In this document: positions 1-15,806 of the stretch, one piece after another
Layout: each line of letters opens with the position of its first letter
Numbering within the stretch: position 1 is the stretch's first letter
IMG/VR virus record: IMGVR_UViG_3300009155_000038
From: a virus
Direction: 5' to 3' (one strand)
DNA: 64,000 nucleotides
Program-made: the position numbers and the translations under genes
The notes under the pieces: generated by a model
The model's input: the letters and a program-made list of their open reading frames with translations, nothing else
Databases searched by the model: none
Told to the model about the DNA's origin: nothing

Positions 1-905
1 CTCACTATTGTGTCGCCGCCGAGCACCCACGTATTTACATTGATTAGCGTCATCTTGGCGCGGCTATACGGGTATCGTAGCTTGAATCCGTTGCTCGACA
101 ACAGCGTGTAGCTGCCGGATACTGTTACGGTTACTTGCCCCGTGCCCAGCTGAACAACGTCAATACGAGAACCAATTGGAAAACCAGCGGCACTGGGTAC
201 TGTAAACGTCATAGCGCTTGTGCTGTTAAACGTAATCAATTTTCCGCTATCTGACAACACAGCAGAATACGACGCCGTCTTATTATTGATCGCCTGCACA
301 ACTGTAAAATCGCCTGTCGGCCCAGTAGCGCCTGCGGGGCCTGATGGGCCCATCACGCCAGTCGCGCCAGTTGCGCCCGGTACGGCTGGGCCGCTAGGGC
401 CCATAAGCCCTGATACGCCGGTCGGGCCCTGAATGCCGATACCTGTTGCGCCGGGATTACCCTGCACACCTTGCGGGCCAGATGGTCCCTGTGGTCCAGT
501 TGCACCAGTTTCGCCAATAGCGCCGACAGGGCCTGTGCCGATAACAAGTGAGCCGACGTTAATCCAGCTACTGCCGGTCCACAGCGCGCCGTTGTAGGCA
601 TTAAACTCAGCCGGCGTGCCTGTCGGTACAGGGTTCGGCAGGATATAGATATCATTAACGCTCGGGGATCCTGATGGCGGCCACGCACTAGCTACGCCAA
701 CAATATTGGCGGCAATTCCACTGTTGACGACAGCGTTGTTCACGTATGGAAGACTTGCCCACTCAGTTATGCCGTCACCAAGTTTGAATTTACGCGTATC
801 TGATTCAAAACCAAGCTCGCCGGCATAGAGCACAGGACCTACGCCGCCGCCAACAGCAAGCCAATCAGCCGCATTACCGTTTCGAATCTGAATGTGTGTT
901 GCCAT
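1..905 (-). CDS. Collagen-like virion fibre protein with Mtd/hyaluronidase-type N-terminal module (3' end runs off the window)
   Basis: Translated by hand from ATG at 905: [15 protein letters not shown]...[17 protein letters not shown]...W..LPY, then Gly-X-Y repeats and a C-terminal [17 protein letters not shown]...WVLGGD domain. Missing from the ORF track because there is no stop inside the window. Confidence 0.8.
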   Translation of the reverse strand, partial: MATHIQIRNGNAADWLAVGGGVGPVLYAGELGFESDTRKFKLGDGITEWASLPYVNNAVVNSGIAANIVGVASAWPPSGSPSVNDIYILPNPVPTGTPAEFNAYNGALWTGSSWINVGSLVIGTGPVGAIGETGATGPQGPSGPQGVQGNPGATGIGIQGPTGVSGLMGPSGPAVPGATGATGVMGPSGPAGATGPTGDFTVVQAINNKTASYSAVLSDSGKLITFNSTSAMTFTVPSAAGFPIGSRIDVVQLGTGQVTVTVSGSYTLLSSNGFKLRYPYSRAKMTLINVNTWVLGGDTIV

Positions 906-911
906 AATAAC

Positions 912-3602
912 TTAGGTAATTGCCCACTTAGATTGGAGGTAATTGTATAAAACAGTTTGCATTTCAGTTGACAGCTCTGAGTTAAAAAATAGCAGCTCTG
1001 CGATGTCGGTTGAGGCGTATTGTCCGCCATAATTGTTGTAACCGAGTGAAACAGCGGCGCCGCTATTTTGGTTAGCGCCAGTAACGGTGCTGACGCCAGC
1101 GTTATTTACTAGTATGCGCTGGACTGCGCCTGTAGCGTTATACGTCATCGTAAAAATAGCCCATGTCCCGGGCGTATAGTTTGTGCCTATGCCAAGACTG
1201 TACATGTAATGCACGGCTTGCGTTGTTGAAAACCCAAGCTGATTTTGATAAGACGCAGAAAGCAACGTAGCTGTATTGGCGTAATATTCGGCGCCAGTAG
1301 TTAAATTGACGTTATTTACTTTTGCAGCTATAAGCACGGTAAAACCATTTGCAGACGCCAACGTATTCCACGTGGGGCCGTTGAAATATTCATTAGACGT
1401 TGCGCCAAAACGAACAATTGGTAAGCCGTTTTTACCGTTGGCTACGCGTTTTAGGCCCGATGTTGTACCGGGTCGTGTAAAATGCCGCGCATAATTCGAC
1501 TTATCTTGCCACCGGCCAACTGACGTTGTGTCGTCAGTGATGAGATTACCGGAACTTGTTGTTGCGGCTGTGCTGTCCCAAAGCGCGGTCGCATCTGCCG
1601 CGTCTAACCACAGTGACAATGTCTCGCTAGCGCGCGGATCGCTATCGCCGACCCACGAAGTAAGCCGCTGATATTGCTCAGCTTCTCGTTGCGTCCAAAA
1701 ACCGCTAACGCGCGCTGTTGCCTCAGAATACGGCGCAGTTGGCGGAGTAAAATTACTAGAATACCGCGCAATATTTGAAACAGTTAACTCATCTATACTG
1801 CCGGAAAAGGGATTTGAGGTCCCATGCATTACACCAATAACTGGTTGATAGTACGCGCTCAAATTATAGTTTGCCGCAATAGCTGTTTGTTTTACTTTAA
1901 CGCCATTTAAATACGCAGTTGTAATACCACTTCTGCGGACTAGCGCTACGTGCGTCCATGTGCCAATAGGCGCCGCTGGTACAACAGTTACAGCGCCGCT
2001 AGCTGTTAAAACAATAAAGGCTGTCACGCTAAACGTGTTAGCGTTTGGCACGCTTGTAACGATGTACGTGCCTGTCCGCCCAGAACCTGTAATAAATGTT
2101 AACACTACACTATCATTTATAGCCAGCCCGTGGTTTACGCACGTGACCGTGATCGTTGTGCTGCTTTGTGCGTATGTGCCGACAAGTGGTGGAAGCGGCG
2201 TTACGTCGACAGTTCCCGAGGTACCAACACTGATTGTTGTAAGAACACTGAACTGATTCGTGGTCGGTGTTGTTGCCACGGTATATGTACCCGTAGCCGC
2301 AGCAAACGAAGGAAAAGTCAAATAAACTTGGTCGCCAACACTGAGGTTATGATTTGTTGTTGCTATAAGCGTGTTTGTGGTCGTTTGAACAATGCCACGC
2401 GCGGTGCCAACAGTAATACGAAGATCGTCGATATACCCGGCGTAAGTTCTAGGCGTGTATATGGCGTCAGTGCCAATCAATAATGGCGCAGTTATGTCTG
2501 TAACTGTTGTATTTCCTGTACCCGTGGCGCGAACTACGCCATCTACAAAAATGTAATGTGCGTTATCGTTTTTTATGTACGTTATATAATGCCACGCGCC
2601 GTCAATTAAATTTACGCCTGTTGTTTGCGCTACTGGGATGCCGGTGGAGTAGTCTGCCATGTACATACTCAAGTCGCCGGCACCGGTCGAACTGTTTAAC
2701 ATAAATGTCCAGCTACCGGCGGGGAACCCGCTAAGTTGCCGATTCAATAATGTCGCGTATTGCAATGTTTGCGTTGTGCGCAGCCAGAATTCGATGACAA
2801 CTGGATTTGAACCAAACTCCAGCGCCGCGTTATCTGCTATTGATAAATAACTGGAGCTAACGCCGTCAAAATAAGCGCTCTTTCCACCCCACACGCTTTG
2901 CGCTGTGGTTTGCGTAACGTTACCAGTCGCCACAATACTTTTTGGTGTTGTGCTTGAGTCTGTGAAAACACTGTCCGTACCGTCCATTTGAAGCAACAAT
3001 TGCACGGACGAAAAATACGGATCTGCCGGCGACGCGGTCGGGAATGCCGCTGTCGGAACTGTGACGCCGGCGGCAATGCTAGTTACGTTGACCACACTGT
3101 ACGCTTGCGCCGTTTTTGCCGGAGGATTAAGTAACGCTGGGATATTCTGCTGATTTGTTTCTAGTCGTCCACTACTGTCAATGTAAAAATTGAAGCCAGC
3201 GCCGGCGCCACTCACGTTAGCGCCTATATCAAGAATGCACGCGCCGTTTGTGTTATAATCCTGCAACAGCACCCACGCCTCGACAGTGTAATCACCAGTT
3301 GTGAAATTGAATTTAGGGGGCCACTGGGTGCCCGTAGTCGAATTATTTAGCACTAAGTACGACGCGTTTACATTTTTAAATAAGAGACTGCCGCTACCAA
3401 ATTTTTTTGCAGCGGTTGAGGTCGTTACCGTGCCAGTATATGTAATGTTAAAAGAATTTTGCGATGAATCGACAAACGAAACACCGCCTTCGGCGCCGTC
3501 AAAATGCATTAAAAGTATTACGTTTGGATACGTGCTGTCGTCATAAACAGTCGTACCCTGCGCGCCGGTAAAACCGATATAAGATCCGCGACGATCACGC
3601 AT
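912..3602 (-). CDS. Virion adhesion/fibre protein with three LamG (concanavalin-like) domains, one nested inside another
   Basis: LamG-type motifs LLMHFDG, TVEAWV, WTHVALVR, IDELTV and IDDLRIT, plus a C-terminal LWLDAAD...W.DKS domain. Start moved to ATG 3602, 2 nt after the upstream stop. Confidence 0.8.
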   Translation of the reverse strand: MRDRRGSYIGFTGAQGTTVYDDSTYPNVILLMHFDGAEGGVSFVDSSQNSFNITYTGTVTTSTAAKKFGSGSLLFKNVNASYLVLNNSTTGTQWPPKFNFTTGDYTVEAWVLLQDYNTNGACILDIGANVSGAGAGFNFYIDSSGRLETNQQNIPALLNPPAKTAQAYSVVNVTSIAAGVTVPTAAFPTASPADPYFSSVQLLLQMDGTDSVFTDSSTTPKSIVATGNVTQTTAQSVWGGKSAYFDGVSSSYLSIADNAALEFGSNPVVIEFWLRTTQTLQYATLLNRQLSGFPAGSWTFMLNSSTGAGDLSMYMADYSTGIPVAQTTGVNLIDGAWHYITYIKNDNAHYIFVDGVVRATGTGNTTVTDITAPLLIGTDAIYTPRTYAGYIDDLRITVGTARGIVQTTTNTLIATTNHNLSVGDQVYLTFPSFAAATGTYTVATTPTTNQFSVLTTISVGTSGTVDVTPLPPLVGTYAQSSTTITVTCVNHGLAINDSVVLTFITGSGRTGTYIVTSVPNANTFSVTAFIVLTASGAVTVVPAAPIGTWTHVALVRRSGITTAYLNGVKVKQTAIAANYNLSAYYQPVIGVMHGTSNPFSGSIDELTVSNIARYSSNFTPPTAPYSEATARVSGFWTQREAEQYQRLTSWVGDSDPRASETLSLWLDAADATALWDSTAATTSSGNLITDDTTSVGRWQDKSNYARHFTRPGTTSGLKRVANGKNGLPIVRFGATSNEYFNGPTWNTLASANGFTVLIAAKVNNVNLTTGAEYYANTATLLSASYQNQLGFSTTQAVHYMYSLGIGTNYTPGTWAIFTMTYNATGAVQRILVNNAGVSTVTGANQNSGAAVSLGYNNYGGQYASTDIAELLFFNSELSTEMQTVLYNYLQSKWAIT

Positions 3603-3604
3603 AG

Positions 3605-3976
3605 TCAGGATATTTCTTCGTAGGAGCAAACAATATCAACTGTATTTGCTGTGCCCGCTGTTGCGGTTAAGCGGCTATCCTCTGGCAAATAAACCGGCAC
3701 GTCTTTTGATATCAATACCATTGACGCGCGGGCTGGTAGGCCGACTGCACTTTGAATACAGTATGTTGCCGTAGGTGAGCTGGCGGGTGTCTCGACAGCC
3801 AGTGTGATCGTAGTGTTGAGCATGGTTTTATTTGCTGCTGTCACGCTCACGATTTTAAGCAGTACGCCGCTGCTGTTGTTATTTGTTAGCACAGCTGTCG
3901 CTGACGTTGTTGACAAATTCGCGCCGGTGTATTTGCCATACATTGCTGTTGCGGACATTATGTTCGGATTGGCCAT
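3605..3976 (-). CDS. Small beta-rich virion protein of the phage fibre cluster
   Basis: MANPNIM...LKIVSVTAAN...YLPEDSRLTATAGTANTVDIVCSYEEIS, a pattern I recognise from aquatic phage tail clusters. ATG at 3976 sits next to the upstream stop. Confidence 0.6.
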   Translation of the reverse strand: MANPNIMSATAMYGKYTGANLSTTSATAVLTNNNSSGVLLKIVSVTAANKTMLNTTITLAVETPASSPTATYCIQSAVGLPARASMVLISKDVPVYLPEDSRLTATAGTANTVDIVCSYEEIS

Positions 3977-3977
3977 G

Positions 3978-6242
3978 TCAGTCTCCAAAAATAATTGCAA
4001 AAGCCGCCGCGCGCGATACAACGCTTGAAACGCTCGGTGCTGGATCCGTGTACGTTGAACTAGGTGTACCGCCGTCTAAAACGGGACCCCAGCCAGACGG
4101 ACCAATAGGCCCGCGCGGAATCGTGAATGATATCGTTTGTGTTGTTCCGCCGCCAGCGCTCAAAGTCACCGCTGCCGGAGCGTTGTAATTTGCCGTGATG
4201 ACTGTGCCGACCGTTAAAACGTTATACGGCCCAATTAAACCTGTAGCGCCGGAAGCTCCGGTAGCGCCTTGCGGGCCTGATGGGCCTGAAGCGCCAAATC
4301 CTGTTGGTCCTGTTGGCCCTGTTGGCCCTGTTGGCCCCGTTGGCCCTGTGGGGCCTGAAGCGCCAAATCCTGTTGGTCCGGTTGGCCCTGTTGGTCCGGT
4401 TGGCCCTGTTGGCCCTGTTGGCCCCGTTGGCCCTGTGGGGCCTGAAGCGCCAAATCCTGTTGGTCCGGTTGGCCCTGTTGGACCAGTTGGACCTGTTGTA
4501 CCCTGCGGGCCCTGCGGACCAGATGCGCCAGTAGGGCCTGAAGCACCTACTCCACCAGTAGCGCCCGTCGCCCCTACTGCGCCTGCAATACCGGTAGCGC
4601 CGGCAACACCCGTGGCGCCAGTAGCGCCGTTTGGGCCTGCCGGACCTGTTGGGCCTGAGATACTCGCGCCTGTTGGGCCGGTTTCACCTTGTGGGCCCGT
4701 CGGGCCAGATGGTCCGCGCACCGAACCAATGTTACGCCACGCGGTGCCCGTCCACAGAAAACCATCGCCAGCGTATGCGTTAGCTGGCGCAGACGGATCT
4801 GTTAACGCAAGCGCATCAACGATCCAAATATCGCCGCGTTCCGGTGATGTCGATGGCGGCCACGCAAACGCAGTACCTTCAATTGTAACGCTTACACCAG
4901 TAGCGCCGTCTGCTCCGGTAGCTCCAACAAGCCCGCTTGGCCCTGTTGCGCCTGTGACGCCGGTTGCGCCGGTTACGCCCGTTATTCCTTTAAGGCCAGA
5001 CATACCAGTAGCGCCAGATACGCCTGTAGCGCCGGTAGCGCCTGTAACGCCGACTAGTCCCGTGGCACCTGTAATACCGACAGGTCCGGTAGACCCGACA
5101 GCGCCAGAAACGCCCGTCGAGCCAGTAGCGCCAACTTCGCCAGAAATACCCGTGGGGCCTGTTACACCTTGCGGGCCGGTTAAACCATCTACACCCGTTG
5201 CGCCAACAGGGCCTGTTTCACCGACTGGACCTGTTTCACCTTGCGGGCCTACTGAGCCCGTATTGCCCTGCCTGCCTGTTAGACCCTGCAAACCTGACGG
5301 CCCGGTTGCACCGGTGACACCAATTGGGCCTGTTTCACCAGTCTCGCCAATAACACCCGTGGCGCCCGTTATGCCTGTTACACCCGTCGGACCGCCGGGG
5401 CCTGTAGTGCCTTGAATACCAGTCGCGCCCGTCGCGCCAAAACCAGTAGCGCCGGTAGCGCCTATAGTGCCCTGCGGACCCGCGGGACCTTGCGCGCCAA
5501 TAACGCCCTGTATACCTTGCGGACCTTGTAAACCTTGAAGGCCAGTCGCGCCAGTCGCGCCATCTGGACCGGTTTGACCCATCGGGCCAGTTAAACCTTC
5601 TACTCCAGTTGGCCCGGGTTCTCCCTGTAAACCAGAGGCGCCTGTTGCGCCAGCAGGGCCTGTTTCACCGGCTGGGCCAACCACACCAGTAGCGCCTTGT
5701 ATGCCTGACGAGCCTGCTTGGCCGCGTAAACCAGACACACCCGTCGCGCCTACAGCACCGGTTAAACCTGTAGCGCCTGTAACGCCAGCGACACCTTGCG
5801 GCCCTGTCGAGCCTTGTAAGCCAGTAGCGCCGCGAATACCTGATGCGCCAACGACGCCGGTTGCACCCACCGCGCCGGCTGCACCTGTTGCGCCTGTAGC
5901 GCCAAAAAGACCAGTTGCGCCCATAACGCCAATAGCGCCGGTTGCGCCAGCGGTGCCTGTAGCGCCTAACGCACCGGTAGCCCCTTTAGCGCCTGTCGGA
6001 CCCATAGGGCCGGCAAAGCCAGATTGACCGGCAGGGCCTGTAGCGCCCGTAACGCCCGTAACACCTGTAGCGCCACGACCTGTGGGCCCGGTAAACACAA
6101 GCCCGCTAAGCGTCGCCAATAGCCCGGCGACTGTCGTCTTTTTGGTTGTTGGCTGCGCCGCTTCTTGATCAACAATGGCCAGCAAATCGTCCGGGTGCGG
6201 TTCCGGTTTTGCTGGCAGATCAGATATACGTTTTTCGGCCAT
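3978..6242 (-). CDS. Long collagen-like fibre protein
   Basis: N-terminal KRISDLPA...DLLAIVD module, two long Gly-X-Y tracts separated by a WPPS...W.GTAW.NIG spacer, C-terminal LDGGT motif. Confidence 0.85.
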   Translation of the reverse strand: MAEKRISDLPAKPEPHPDDLLAIVDQEAAQPTTKKTTVAGLLATLSGLVFTGPTGRGATGVTGVTGATGPAGQSGFAGPMGPTGAKGATGALGATGTAGATGAIGVMGATGLFGATGATGAAGAVGATGVVGASGIRGATGLQGSTGPQGVAGVTGATGLTGAVGATGVSGLRGQAGSSGIQGATGVVGPAGETGPAGATGASGLQGEPGPTGVEGLTGPMGQTGPDGATGATGLQGLQGPQGIQGVIGAQGPAGPQGTIGATGATGFGATGATGIQGTTGPGGPTGVTGITGATGVIGETGETGPIGVTGATGPSGLQGLTGRQGNTGSVGPQGETGPVGETGPVGATGVDGLTGPQGVTGPTGISGEVGATGSTGVSGAVGSTGPVGITGATGLVGVTGATGATGVSGATGMSGLKGITGVTGATGVTGATGPSGLVGATGADGATGVSVTIEGTAFAWPPSTSPERGDIWIVDALALTDPSAPANAYAGDGFLWTGTAWRNIGSVRGPSGPTGPQGETGPTGASISGPTGPAGPNGATGATGVAGATGIAGAVGATGATGGVGASGPTGASGPQGPQGTTGPTGPTGPTGPTGFGASGPTGPTGPTGPTGPTGPTGPTGPTGFGASGPTGPTGPTGPTGPTGPTGFGASGPSGPQGATGASGATGLIGPYNVLTVGTVITANYNAPAAVTLSAGGGTTQTISFTIPRGPIGPSGWGPVLDGGTPSSTYTDPAPSVSSVVSRAAAFAIIFGD
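4282..4500. repeat. Coding VNTR: 9-bp ggccctgtt-like units punctuated by three copies of gggcctgaagcgccaaatcctgttggtcc
   Basis: Copies start at 4282, 4351 and 4438 (spacings 69 and 87 bp) and encode GFGASGPT(GPT)n. Confidence 0.85.
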
Positions 6243-6287
6243 ATGCTATTCTCGCAGCAGGAGAAACCTGTCCTTTAAAATAGCATA
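6242..6287. promoter_or_regulatory. 9-bp inverted repeat (tatgctatt / aatagcata) whose arms resemble extended -10 elements
   Basis: Arms at 6242-6250 and 6279-6287 span the 52-bp intergenic gap upstream of 3978..6242. The minus-strand arm reads TGcTATTTT. Confidence 0.35.
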
Positions 6288-6294
6288 ATCGACG

Positions 6295-6687
6295 TCAAAA
6301 CGGCAGCGGTAATAATTGCTGCAGACTAAAACTACCAGCGCCGTCTACGATGATTTCTAGATCTTGTTGGGCAAATTCCTGCATAAACTGTAAACAAGCA
6401 CCGCAGGGCATAAAGCTTTTTTTGGGTAGGCCGTGTTCGTCAACTACGGCAATTGCTATTTTTACGAGTTGCCGATGATTATTGCTGACCGCTTTGCAGA
6501 TAGCTACGCGCTCAGCACAGATGGTCAGACCGAAAGAAGCGTTCTCGACGTTGCATCCCGTGTAGATATACCCCGACTCTGCGAATAACGCCGCCGCGCC
6601 GACTCTAAACTTAGAGTACGGTGAATATGCCGCCGGTGCAGCTTTACGGGCAACGTCAATAAGACTATCGTCCGCAATAACGTTCAT
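6295..6687 (-). CDS. cdd: Cytidine deaminase (homotetrameric type)
   Basis: AYSPYSKFRVGAA, TGCNVENASFGLTICAERVAI and PCGACLQ; the Zn ligands and catalytic Glu are intact; LLPLPF C-terminus. Confidence 0.95.
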   Translation of the reverse strand: MNVIADDSLIDVARKAAPAAYSPYSKFRVGAAALFAESGYIYTGCNVENASFGLTICAERVAICKAVSNNHRQLVKIAIAVVDEHGLPKKSFMPCGACLQFMQEFAQQDLEIIVDGAGSFSLQQLLPLPF

Positions 6688-6693
6688 ACTGTC

Positions 6694-8889
6694 CTAACCT
6701 AAATATGACGACGAGACAGCAGCATTATTGAACGTGCTAGTGAGGCTTGTCTGTGGGCTACGCACGATTTGAATGTAATGATATCCCAGCAAATATGCGG
6801 TGTGATCACTGCCGCCCGCTCGGATACCGTAAGGGCTAGTGTTATTGAAAAACGCATTAGGCACATTAGCGGTATTTGTGGCGTCAAGCGCAATTCCGCC
6901 AATACCCTGCGCCAAGCTTGCGTGGAAACTAATGCTCACGATTGTCGGTAGGCCACATACAAATTCGTTACGAGTTAATCCATTAGTGGTAACGCCGCGC
7001 CAAGGGCTATAAGTATTGCTTGTTCCTGTAAGCGTGTGTGGTGAGTTATCGGCGGCATCGAGAAACAACGGAAACTGATTAAAACAGTTCCACACAAAAC
7101 GTTGATCTGACGTACTTACTGACGTGCCGGCTGTGGTTGTACGAATGGTGCCGACGTAACGCTTATTAGCTGCGCCGCTTTTTACGTACACGCCATTTTG
7201 TTGCGCTAGCGCTGTGGTTCGAGAAATACCGCTCGACCACGCCACAAGCTCCAGCGTGTTTGTGCCAGAGTTGTTGTAGAGAAATACGTCGTAGTTTGTA
7301 TTTGCAGCGGTGCCCGCAAGCGACAAACTAAACTCTGTAAACGACTGTAGTTCCCAGAAATTTGTCGTAGTGTTGTATAGCGCAACCTTGTTACCGCTAA
7401 ACGGCGTGTAGTAAAGCGTTGTACCTGTTGTGTCTGTCGTTGGCAGTCCGTTGCCGCTAGAGAGCGACAGTCGCCCTTCTGCAAGACTGAGCGGGACATT
7501 GCTGTTTATTGCCGTTCCGATGTATGCGGGCGTCACATACGTATCAAAATTATCGCTGTCTAAAACTGTGGCGTCTGTGCCGCCGCCATATGCGTCTTTA
7601 AAGCAGTGTAGTTCGCCGCCTGTCCAGTAAAACTGCCAGCCATACCCTGTACGAAAAAAGCCGCTCAACGCGCCGGCTGTGTCTTGGATCATGCAGGTGT
7701 TGCTAGCTGCAAACTCAAAACCAGCGTAGCCGTTACGACTACCAGCTACGTTCCAACTACCATACGTACCAACATTTGGCTGCAAAGCTGCAGAGTTTGT
7801 GGCAGACAAAAGACTCGCCGTATTCGTAAGCTCGATACCTTCACGGGCATAGCACCGGCCGCTAGCATCAAAATTGCCGTACAGCGTGGTGACTGTGGCG
7901 TTGCCGCTAACATGCAGCAATGTACTTGGCGTCGTGGTGCCAATACCAACGTTGCCGTTGTAATACACCACACCTGTAGCGCCGGCTGCTGCGCCGCTGT
8001 TGTTATAGATAAATTGCCTGTTAGCTCCGGCGACTGGGCCCGTAGATCCCTGTGGGCCAGTAGCGCCTGTAACACCGCTGGGTCCAACAACACCTGTGGC
8101 GCCTGTTACGCCAACTACGCCGCTTGGCCCTGTAGCGCCCGTAATACCCACTAAGCCTGTCGGGCCAGTTGTACCCTGCGCGCCTGTCGGGCCGGTTGTT
8201 CCCTGCAATCCAGTCGGTCCTGTTGTTCCCTGTAACCCTGTCGGACCAGTGGTGCCTTGCGGACCGGTTGGCCCAGTTGGGCCTGTTGTGCCTTTAACAC
8301 CAGTTGCGCCTGTTACACCACTAGGGCCGGTAGGTCCAGTAGGACCACTTGGGCCAACAACACCAGTTGCGCCAGTGATGCCAACGGCGCCCGTGGGCCC
8401 AGCAATACCTTGTGGGCCAGTTGGCCCTGTTGGACCAGTTGTGCCTTTAACACCAGTTGCACCAGTCACACCGCTAGGGCCAGTAGGACCAGTAGGGCCG
8501 CTAGGGCCAACAATACCCGTAGCGCCAGTGATACCGACAAGACCTGTTGGTCCAATCGACCCCTGCGGCCCAATCGGGCCTGTCGGGCCCGTTGTGCCTA
8601 CAACGCCAGTTGCGCCAGTCACGCCGCTGGGACCGGTCGGGCCGGTAAGACCACTAGGACCAACAATACCTGTCGCGCCAGTGATACCAATAGGGCCAGT
8701 TGGTCCTTGAACCCCAGTAGCGCCAGTAACGCCAACTACACCTGTCGCACCCACAGGGCCAGTAGTGCCTTGAGTGCCAGTTGCGCCTAAACCCGTGGCC
8801 AGCTTGCTTAACGTAACAGCGCCGTCAGCCAGTTTATCTGTCGTAACTGACCCGTCGGTAACGCTATTGGTGACGATGCGCTGTGTCAT
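6694..8889 (-). CDS. Collagen-like tail fibre protein
   Basis: N-terminal [14 protein letters not shown] repeat, Gly-X-Y tract with a 51-aa internal period, [11 protein letters not shown] fibre motif and a C-terminal head domain. Confidence 0.85.
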   Translation of the reverse strand: MTQRIVTNSVTDGSVTTDKLADGAVTLSKLATGLGATGTQGTTGPVGATGVVGVTGATGVQGPTGPIGITGATGIVGPSGLTGPTGPSGVTGATGVVGTTGPTGPIGPQGSIGPTGLVGITGATGIVGPSGPTGPTGPSGVTGATGVKGTTGPTGPTGPQGIAGPTGAVGITGATGVVGPSGPTGPTGPSGVTGATGVKGTTGPTGPTGPQGTTGPTGLQGTTGPTGLQGTTGPTGAQGTTGPTGLVGITGATGPSGVVGVTGATGVVGPSGVTGATGPQGSTGPVAGANRQFIYNNSGAAAGATGVVYYNGNVGIGTTTPSTLLHVSGNATVTTLYGNFDASGRCYAREGIELTNTASLLSATNSAALQPNVGTYGSWNVAGSRNGYAGFEFAASNTCMIQDTAGALSGFFRTGYGWQFYWTGGELHCFKDAYGGGTDATVLDSDNFDTYVTPAYIGTAINSNVPLSLAEGRLSLSSGNGLPTTDTTGTTLYYTPFSGNKVALYNTTTNFWELQSFTEFSLSLAGTAANTNYDVFLYNNSGTNTLELVAWSSGISRTTALAQQNGVYVKSGAANKRYVGTIRTTTAGTSVSTSDQRFVWNCFNQFPLFLDAADNSPHTLTGTSNTYSPWRGVTTNGLTRNEFVCGLPTIVSISFHASLAQGIGGIALDATNTANVPNAFFNNTSPYGIRAGGSDHTAYLLGYHYIQIVRSPQTSLTSTFNNAAVSSSYLG

Positions 8890-8897
8890 TTAGATAC

Positions 8898-9269
8898 CTA
8901 AATATTAGCCGCTTCAATAAATGCCTGATCTACTTGGGTTTCAGTTAAACCCAGCGCCGCGGCCAACGGAATTAACATTGGGTGCCCGCGCTCCACATAT
9001 GGCGCGTAATCCCACTCAACACGAACTGAGTCGCGCTGAAGTTGGTCTGGGATCGCATCAATCGCCGCGTCAACCTGCGCAAGCGAGATACCGTACCGGA
9101 CAAGCCATAGCCGTATCTGCCGGGCTGAAACGCTTTCTGGCACTGGCGGTTCAAGGTAAGCAGACTGGTTTACCCCAATTAGGACGCCGTTTTCGTCACG
9201 CACTTCCCACGTGTGCAAGCCATTAATCACGCCAAGGTATGTAGTCTCAACAGTGATTGCGTCGCTCAT
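8898..9269 (-). CDS. Probable tail-fibre-associated small protein (assembly/chaperone-like)
   Basis: VPESVSARQIRLWL...VEWDYAPYVER.HP...LAAALGLT..QVDQAF pattern, typical of genes next to fibre genes. Confidence 0.6.
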   Translation of the reverse strand: MSDAITVETTYLGVINGLHTWEVRDENGVLIGVNQSAYLEPPVPESVSARQIRLWLVRYGISLAQVDAAIDAIPDQLQRDSVRVEWDYAPYVERGHPMLIPLAAALGLTETQVDQAFIEAANI

Positions 9270-10021
9270 GTTAGCCTCGCAAAAACCATGGTATTTGAAT
9301 TGCCCATTGTGGTTGATGTTGGCAGATCAGATGCCGACGTAGAAACGGCAGCCATACGAGGAGTCAAATTGCCAGTGACATAATGTAGCGTTTTCAGCGA
9401 GTAAGAAGGAAGCGAAGTGCCAGCAGAAAAAACTCCAACCCCGTAGCGAGTTCCCGCCGTTAGTGTGTAATTAGCAGGATAACCACCAGTGGTGTCAAAA
9501 CTTCGCGTGTATGCTGTGTTTGCGGCGTTGAACAAAGTTGTATCATTTGCTGTTCTCGCAACTAACGTCGCTGTTGTTTCGTCAAACGTGTACAGCCCCA
9601 TCCGTGCGAGAGTTAGGCCGGAGCCAGCCGTGGCGGTAGTCACAATTGTTATCGCGCTTACACTAACGGTTACGGAAGGCGTAAAAAAAGAATAAAAGGG
9701 TTGGCTAGCAGTCTGGGCAGTAGATGTACCTACTACTTCTCCTCGCGGATAAATATCAATTCCGGCTGTTGGGAAGTTCAAAAATTTATTGATTGCCGTA
9801 AACGTCGGAATGCTGCTGCTCAGTCTTGCATCCGGCAATGTGCCCGTAGTGAGGTAACTTGCGTTAATTACCGCATACGGCAAAGAAGCCCACGCAGTTG
9901 AGCCGTCGCCAATTTTGAATTGGTTCGTGTCAGTTTCAATGCCAATTTCGCCGGCGCCTAAGACCGGGTTATTGGCCGTCATAATAGCCGCCGTGCCGCG
10001 TTTATGTTGAACTGTCTTCAT
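9266..10021 (-). CDS. Virion fibre protein with Mtd/hyaluronidase-type N-terminal module
   Basis: VQHKRGTAA...NPVLGAGEIGIETDTNQFKIGDGSTAWASLPY followed by a beta-rich head. Confidence 0.75.
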   Translation of the reverse strand: MKTVQHKRGTAAIMTANNPVLGAGEIGIETDTNQFKIGDGSTAWASLPYAVINASYLTTGTLPDARLSSSIPTFTAINKFLNFPTAGIDIYPRGEVVGTSTAQTASQPFYSFFTPSVTVSVSAITIVTTATAGSGLTLARMGLYTFDETTATLVARTANDTTLFNAANTAYTRSFDTTGGYPANYTLTAGTRYGVGVFSAGTSLPSYSLKTLHYVTGNLTPRMAAVSTSASDLPTSTTMGNSNTMVFARLT

Positions 10022-10515
10022 GGCTGCAAGCTCTCCCAGAGGGCTATGTCAGCCGCGTAGATTTCTCGTACCCGGGCTTCTTGCTCAGGAGTTAATGTTG
10101 GTTTGTTGACTTCTTCTGTGGCGTCTATTTGCGGAAGCGGCACTGTGATGCCAAGCCAGTCTGCGCACTCTTGCAGTTGCGATTCAAATAGAAATATCTT
10201 TTTCCACGGGTGTTGCGGCAATGATTTGTAAATAGGGTTTGCAAGTTGATCGTCTATAGATACGTCGGGTCTATGAGCGCACATTGAACGAAAGCGCGCT
10301 ACTGGGTTTCGTAAAACAATGGCTAAGTCTTCTTGGTTTACACGGGCTTCATATTCTGGAAAAAACATTGCTGGATGCCCGTATTGCGCTGCCTGATAAT
10401 TAGCAAATCTATCAGGCCAAAATGACGCTAACGCCGCTGCCGCAATTGAGTGGCTGCCGGACCGCGTAATTAACAGCAGCGCATTGCCGGAAGGTGTTCT
10501 TAGTATTTCGCCCAT
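10018..10515 (-). CDS. Sulfotransferase-family (Sulfotransfer_2-like) protein
   Basis: ITRSGSHS (5'-PSB-like), LRNPVARFRS (3'-PB-like), LPQID and LTPEQ...IYAADIALW C-terminal motifs. Confidence 0.65.
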   Translation of the reverse strand: MGEILRTPSGNALLLITRSGSHSIAAAALASFWPDRFANYQAAQYGHPAMFFPEYEARVNQEDLAIVLRNPVARFRSMCAHRPDVSIDDQLANPIYKSLPQHPWKKIFLFESQLQECADWLGITVPLPQIDATEEVNKPTLTPEQEARVREIYAADIALWESLQP

Positions 10516-10532
10516 GATTAGCCCAATTAGCC

Positions 10533-15536
<5,004 letters not shown>

Positions 15537-15557
15537 TTACGCGTTGCAGCTGTTTTG

Positions 15558-15740
15558 TTATTTAATTTCTTCGCCGTCTGCAAACGTATAACTCAGCAAA
15601 TCTTCAACGTTATTTGCGGTTGTTTTAATGAGCACCTTGCCGTCGGCGGCATTAATAGCAATTTCGCCGGCTTGGAGCTGCGTGGGTTGCGGCACAGCCG
15701 TTGGCGTTACGCTGCGTTTGTTGATGATTGTATTGGCCAT
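15558..15740 (-). CDS. 60-aa protein consisting almost only of a fibre-anchor-like module
   Basis: IINKRS...AVP.P..L.AGEIAINAADGKV...DGEEI, paralogous to the N-termini of 15866..16840, 22094..22345 and 22353..23735. Confidence 0.7.
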   Translation of the reverse strand: MANTIINKRSVTPTAVPQPTQLQAGEIAINAADGKVLIKTTANNVEDLLSYTFADGEEIK

Positions 15741-15797
15741 GGCTTTTTCGCGTTAAATGCACTCAACAGCGGCGCTACGCAAACAGCGCGTAAGCCA

Positions 15798-15806
15798 ATT
15801 TTAGCA
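15798..15806 (-). promoter_or_regulatory. Possible extended -10 promoter (TGcTAAAAT)
   Basis: Lies in the 125-bp intergenic gap upstream of 15558..15740 and matches TGnTATAAT at all but one position. Confidence 0.3.
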
